This document shows positions 59,415 to 64,000 of a DNA stretch of 64,000 nt, piece by piece. Position numbers and translations under genes: made by a program. How positions within the stretch are numbered: position 1 is the first letter of the stretch; every line of letters starts with the position of its first letter. A model generated the notes under the pieces. It was not told the origin of the DNA. It worked only from the letters and a program-made list of their open reading frames with translations, and ran no database searches. This DNA comes from Octopus vulgaris (Eukaryota): assembly GCA_951406725.2 (NCBI GenBank), contig OX597814.1, positions 10,726,001-10,790,000 on the forward strand. Reading direction: 5' to 3'.

Positions 59415-59761
59415 AACACAGAGACACAGACACAGACACATATATATATATACACACACAAATACGTGAACACACATTTATAGTTCTCTTAAGTAACATT
59501 GCATTAACCTCGTTAATCCGCTACTTCTAGAAACACGGAATACTGTTATGTTCGGAGGTGTCCTGTATATGTAAATATATATATGTTTACTGTGTTGTAT
59601 ATTTATTTACTTATTTAACCTTTTTTTTTTTTTTCAATTTCTCACCAACGAAAAAAAAAAAAGAAGCAGTTCGTTCGTAACCCAGAGATGTGGCTTATTC
59701 ATTGAAATTTTTGACATTTAGTCACACATATACACAATTTTACTTTAACACAGAAATGCAT

Positions 59762-59800
<39 letters not shown>

Positions 59801-59909
59801 CACCATGCGCACATACACGCACCCATGCACACACCCACATACACACGCACACATACACATGACATCATGACATTGAAGACGACAGGAAAATGTACAGTCG
59901 CTTGAAGAA

Positions 59910-60170
59910 GCATATATATAAGTATATATATATATGTATATATATATCCATACATACATACACACATACATACATATATATAAGTATATATATATGTATA
60001 TATATCCATGTATACATACACACATACATACATATATATAAGTATATATATATGTATATATATCCATACATACATACACACACACATACATATGTATATA
60101 TATCCATACATAATACACACATACATACATATGTATATATATCCATACATACACACATACATACCTACGT
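59910..60170. repeat. Higher-order minisatellite built from TA/CA microsatellites
   Basis: Repeated ~60-nt unit CATATATATAAGTATATA..TATATCCATACATACATACACAC. Confidence 0.7.
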
Positions 60171-60189
60171 ATGTATGTATATATATATA

Positions 60190-60230
<41 letters not shown>

Positions 60231-60605
60231 TTATATATGTATGTATATATGTGTGTATGTGTGTATGTATGCAGTCATGTTTCACGAATCTCGCATGACA
60301 CATCTCAAGTCGATGAGGAAAATTTCTTTTCCTCCATTGACCTTCTATGTTGTCAAATCTCCTTCAAATGACGCCTTGAGAACCTTAGAAAATAAGAAAG
60401 GTGCGTGTTGTTGCTTTGAATTATGTAGTGATCCGGGGACCTTGCACATAACGATTGGGCAAGTTGGGATCCTAATGATGGGAGCTGAGCCGGGGCTAAA
60501 GACAACAACAATAACAACAGCAATAATGAGAGAAAGACACGTTTTAGTTCATACAATCGGGATTTTTATTCGCTGAGTGCTCTGCGACAAATTATTTATA
60601 TCCAA

Positions 60606-60999
60606 CTAGCAGTATCGCTCTGCGTTGCTCGGGTTTGTAAGGGAAATAACTATAAAGCATTTTTAGAGAGTTATAGCCCAAAAATAGCAAAAAATGCATT
60701 AAAAATGGAAAAAAAAATTATGGTAAATTTTTTTTAAATCGTTGACTCATCGTAGACATTTTTGGAGAGTTACTTCCCTTATATTAAAAAATATATGCAT
60801 TAAAATGGAAAACAATGTTGGTAAATTATTTTTAAAATCGTAGACTCTTCGTAGACGCGCGCTAATACCCAGAAGGGCTCGATATGAATTACGACTATAA
60901 GATACCTGGTTTTGGTTAAACTGCACCGCAAAATGTGGGAGTAGTTAGGAATCTAAATCGGAGTAGACAGACACACAACCTTACTTTTATATATAAAGA
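60606..60999 (-). mobile_element. Non-autonomous Helitron
   Basis: a|TCTTTATATATAAAAG...CTAG|t; same family as 39278. Confidence 0.88.
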
Positions 61000-61229
61000 T
61001 ATGTGTTTGAATTATATGCAGTGCATGGCATTGAAGAAGTCAACCCGTGATCGCCCCCTAAACTCTCTAAGTGCTCCCAGACGTTATAAGAATCTAACCA
61101 GTTCCTGTGCGGGAATTTGCTTTGAGTGGATAAAATTTGGCACGCCACTCAGCTATAAACACGTGACGGTTGCAGAGGTTTAGACAACCAGAAATCAATT
61201 GCGCTACCGGGTTTTTATACACGCATATA

Positions 61230-61331
<102 letters not shown>

Positions 61332-61649
61332 TAGTATACATAGAAACACGCACACAAACACACACGCGCGCGCACACATGCACGCACACGCACACACGCA
61401 CTCGCATACACACACATACATACACATGCATTGGTATATATTACATATATATATATATGCATACTGCATGGCTTGTACACATACATACATACATACATAC
61501 ATACATACATACATACATACATGGCTTAGTGGTTAGGGCATTCGGCTCAGGATCATAAATTCGTGAGTTCGATGCCGGGCGGCGCGTTGTGTCATTGAGC
61601 AAGACACTGTATATCACGTTGCTTCAGTCCACTCAGCTGGCAAAAATGT

Positions 61650-61890
61650 AAGCCTAGTACTTATTCTATCGGTTTCTTTTGCCGAACCGCTAAGTTAGTG
61701 GTGCGTAAACAAACCAGCATATATAAGATGGGATTCTTTCAGTTTCCGTCTACCATATCCACTCACAAGGCTTTGGTTGGCCCGAGGCTATAGTAGAATA
61801 TACTTGCCCAAGGTGCCACGCAGTGGAACTGAACCTGGAACCATGATGTTGGTAAACAAGCTACTTACCACACAGCCACTCCTGCGCCTT
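61650..61890 (-). mobile_element. SINE family A, internally deleted
   Basis: Reverse complement of GGCGCAGGAGTGGCTGTGTGGTAAG head; abuts a family C head at 61520-61648 (+). Confidence 0.85.
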
Positions 61891-62326
61891 GTATATATAT
61901 ATATATACATACACACACACGGGTGTGTATGTTTTTTTCTTTGTGTTTTATTTAAGATCAAATCGGTCGCTAACAAACTTACAAGACTTTCCAATATAAG
62001 AGAATTTCCGGGGATTTTAAATATGTTGTTGCATTGATGTGATGGTTGAACTGTCGGTTCGGTGCGTTCACCCAAGTCTGTATATCTATTAACTTTAAAA
62101 AATCACAGATGGAAAAGTTTTTGTAATGTCTAGTGAAACTTCACTCTGCCCCCAATAGATTGGATTTCGAAAATCTGCGTCAGTATATTTTGCTCCACCC
62201 CCCCCGAAAAAAAAAACAAACAAGAATTTCTAGGTTTTTGTGTAAAATTGTGGTACATAACCTAATGCACCAGTGATAATAAATCCAAATGAGAATTTAT
62301 TGTCAGGGTGCAAATGTTGAAAGTTC

Positions 62327-62330
<4 letters not shown>

Positions 62331-62364
<34 letters not shown>

Positions 62365-62489
62365 GACACAGACACAGACACATATATACACACGCACATA
62401 TGCGAACACACATTTATAGTTCTCTTAAGTAACATTGCATTAACCTCGTTAATCCGCTACTTCTAGAAACACGGAATACTGTTATGTTC
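62331..62489 (+). repeat. Local templated duplication of 59400-59553
   Basis: 86 bp identical (59468-59553 vs 62404-62489) plus a shared upstream microsatellite pattern; bracketed by GAAAGTTCCGGA repeats. Confidence 0.85.
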
Positions 62490-63696
62490 CAGAAAGTTCC
62501 GGAAAGTTCCGGATGTACATATACATCCGCTGGGCAGCTGACCCCTACAACAGTGCATGCCATTCGTTCCCTGTCCCATGGAACAACTTCAGGTTTTATA
62601 TGCTTGTACCGAATTGCTGTATTTACGAGATTGCTTCACCAATATTCCTTTTTTTTTTTGTCTTTTTGTGGTATGAATACATCCTGGTTCTAAGATGCAT
62701 TTAATGTACGAGCTATCCTGCAGGTGACAGTCAATGTATGTATGTACTATGAGTACCTATATATTAGCATATATACATACACAAGTCAGATAGCTTGCAG
62801 AATTGATTGCACGCAGTGCAAAATACTTGGCGGCATTTCGTCTGTCTTAACGTTCTGAGTTCAAACTTCGTTGAGATTCACCTTGCCTTCCATTGATGTC
62901 CATAATATAAGAACCACTGGGGTAGATGTGATCGATTTACCCAGTTTCCTCGAAATTACGAACCTTGTGATAAATTTAAAATGGATAGAGCGATCGAGAG
63001 ATAGGTAGATAGATGCGTGTGTGTGTATGTGTGTGTGTGTGTGTATGTGCGTGCGTGTGTATGTGTGTGTTTGTGTGTGTTCGTGTGTAAGCATTGAAAG
63101 GTACCCAGCTTTATAAATCTAGATGCCTAATATGATACCATCATCTCCGACTACTGCTATCCCACCACATCACTCTGAACCTTAGGGTCCTTCACTCTCT
63201 CTCTCCACCCCTCTCTCTCTCTCTCCCTCTCGTTTTCGATCGTCCCATATATATGTGTATGCGTGCGTGCGTGTGTATGCGTGCGGACGTGTGTATGCGT
63301 GCGTGCGTGTATCTGTTTGTGTGTGTATGTGTGCGTGTGTTTGTGTGTGTGTGTTTGTACATGCATGCAGTTCTCCCCATTAGTCTTATCCCCTCCTTAT
63401 AATGCCATGTCTTTACGTCTCAACTGTGTTGGCACACTATTGGAACTTGACAGACATATTTCTATCTGGGTGGCTCCACAATATAAAGATTTTAAATCGA
63501 AATAAAACGAAGGGTAGAGGAAAGAGATTAGCTTTTATAATTCTTCCGTTATGTTTTTTTTTTGTAAGTTTTTTTAATATTTTTCATTTTTATTGTTTTA
63601 TGTTTATCAAATCTCAAAACATACAACAGCCAAGACAGCAAAATATATTAAGATAAATACAAAGAAAAAATGTCTATGTAGGCGTTTCCAGGGCGG

Positions 63697-63739
<43 letters not shown>

Positions 63740-63957
63740 TGTGTGGGTGTGTGTGTGTTTGTGTGTGTGTGTGTGAAAGAGAGCGAGAAAGAGAGAGACG
63801 TAATAAAATGTACATTAAACAGTTCTAATAAAATGATCGCGATCCTCCTCCTCATCATTATCATCACCATCATCGTCGTCATCATTAAAGTTTTATTTCC
63901 TCGACGTTATCAGCATCACACATCATAATTACATCATCATAGTCGTCGTCGTAATCG

Positions 63958-63988
<31 letters not shown>

Positions 63989-64000
63989 TAATAACAATAA

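Overview
Very AT-rich, microsatellite-saturated animal genomic DNA, most likely a coleoid cephalopod (Octopus), inferred from the tRNA-derived SINE families and repeat landscape. There is no intact protein-coding gene; almost all ORF-track entries are microsatellite artefacts. Two host-gene relics are present: an intronless, disrupted SMPDL3-like metallophosphoesterase with a C-terminal TM helix (12091-13017) and a 94-codon LRRC42 fragment sitting between (TA)n tracts (25570-25851). The rest is mobile DNA: three SINE families, stacked R4/Dong LINE 3' ends in (TAA)n, a Tx1-like LINE in (GATA)n, CR1/L1 relics, Helitron/Helentron non-autonomous elements, and a Tc1/mariner split by an inversion. 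The main hidden signal is a set of unrelated short elements embedded in (TA)n that carry minimal type I hammerhead ribozymes, with covarying stems and unusual core variants, often arranged as long fold-back inverted repeats. This is the signature of Penelope-like-element pLTRs or retrozymes. (TA)n tracts also coincide with gene capture, a snap-back duplication, an inversion and a templated insertion. All folds and alignments were done by eye and protein family calls are from recall; no searches were run.
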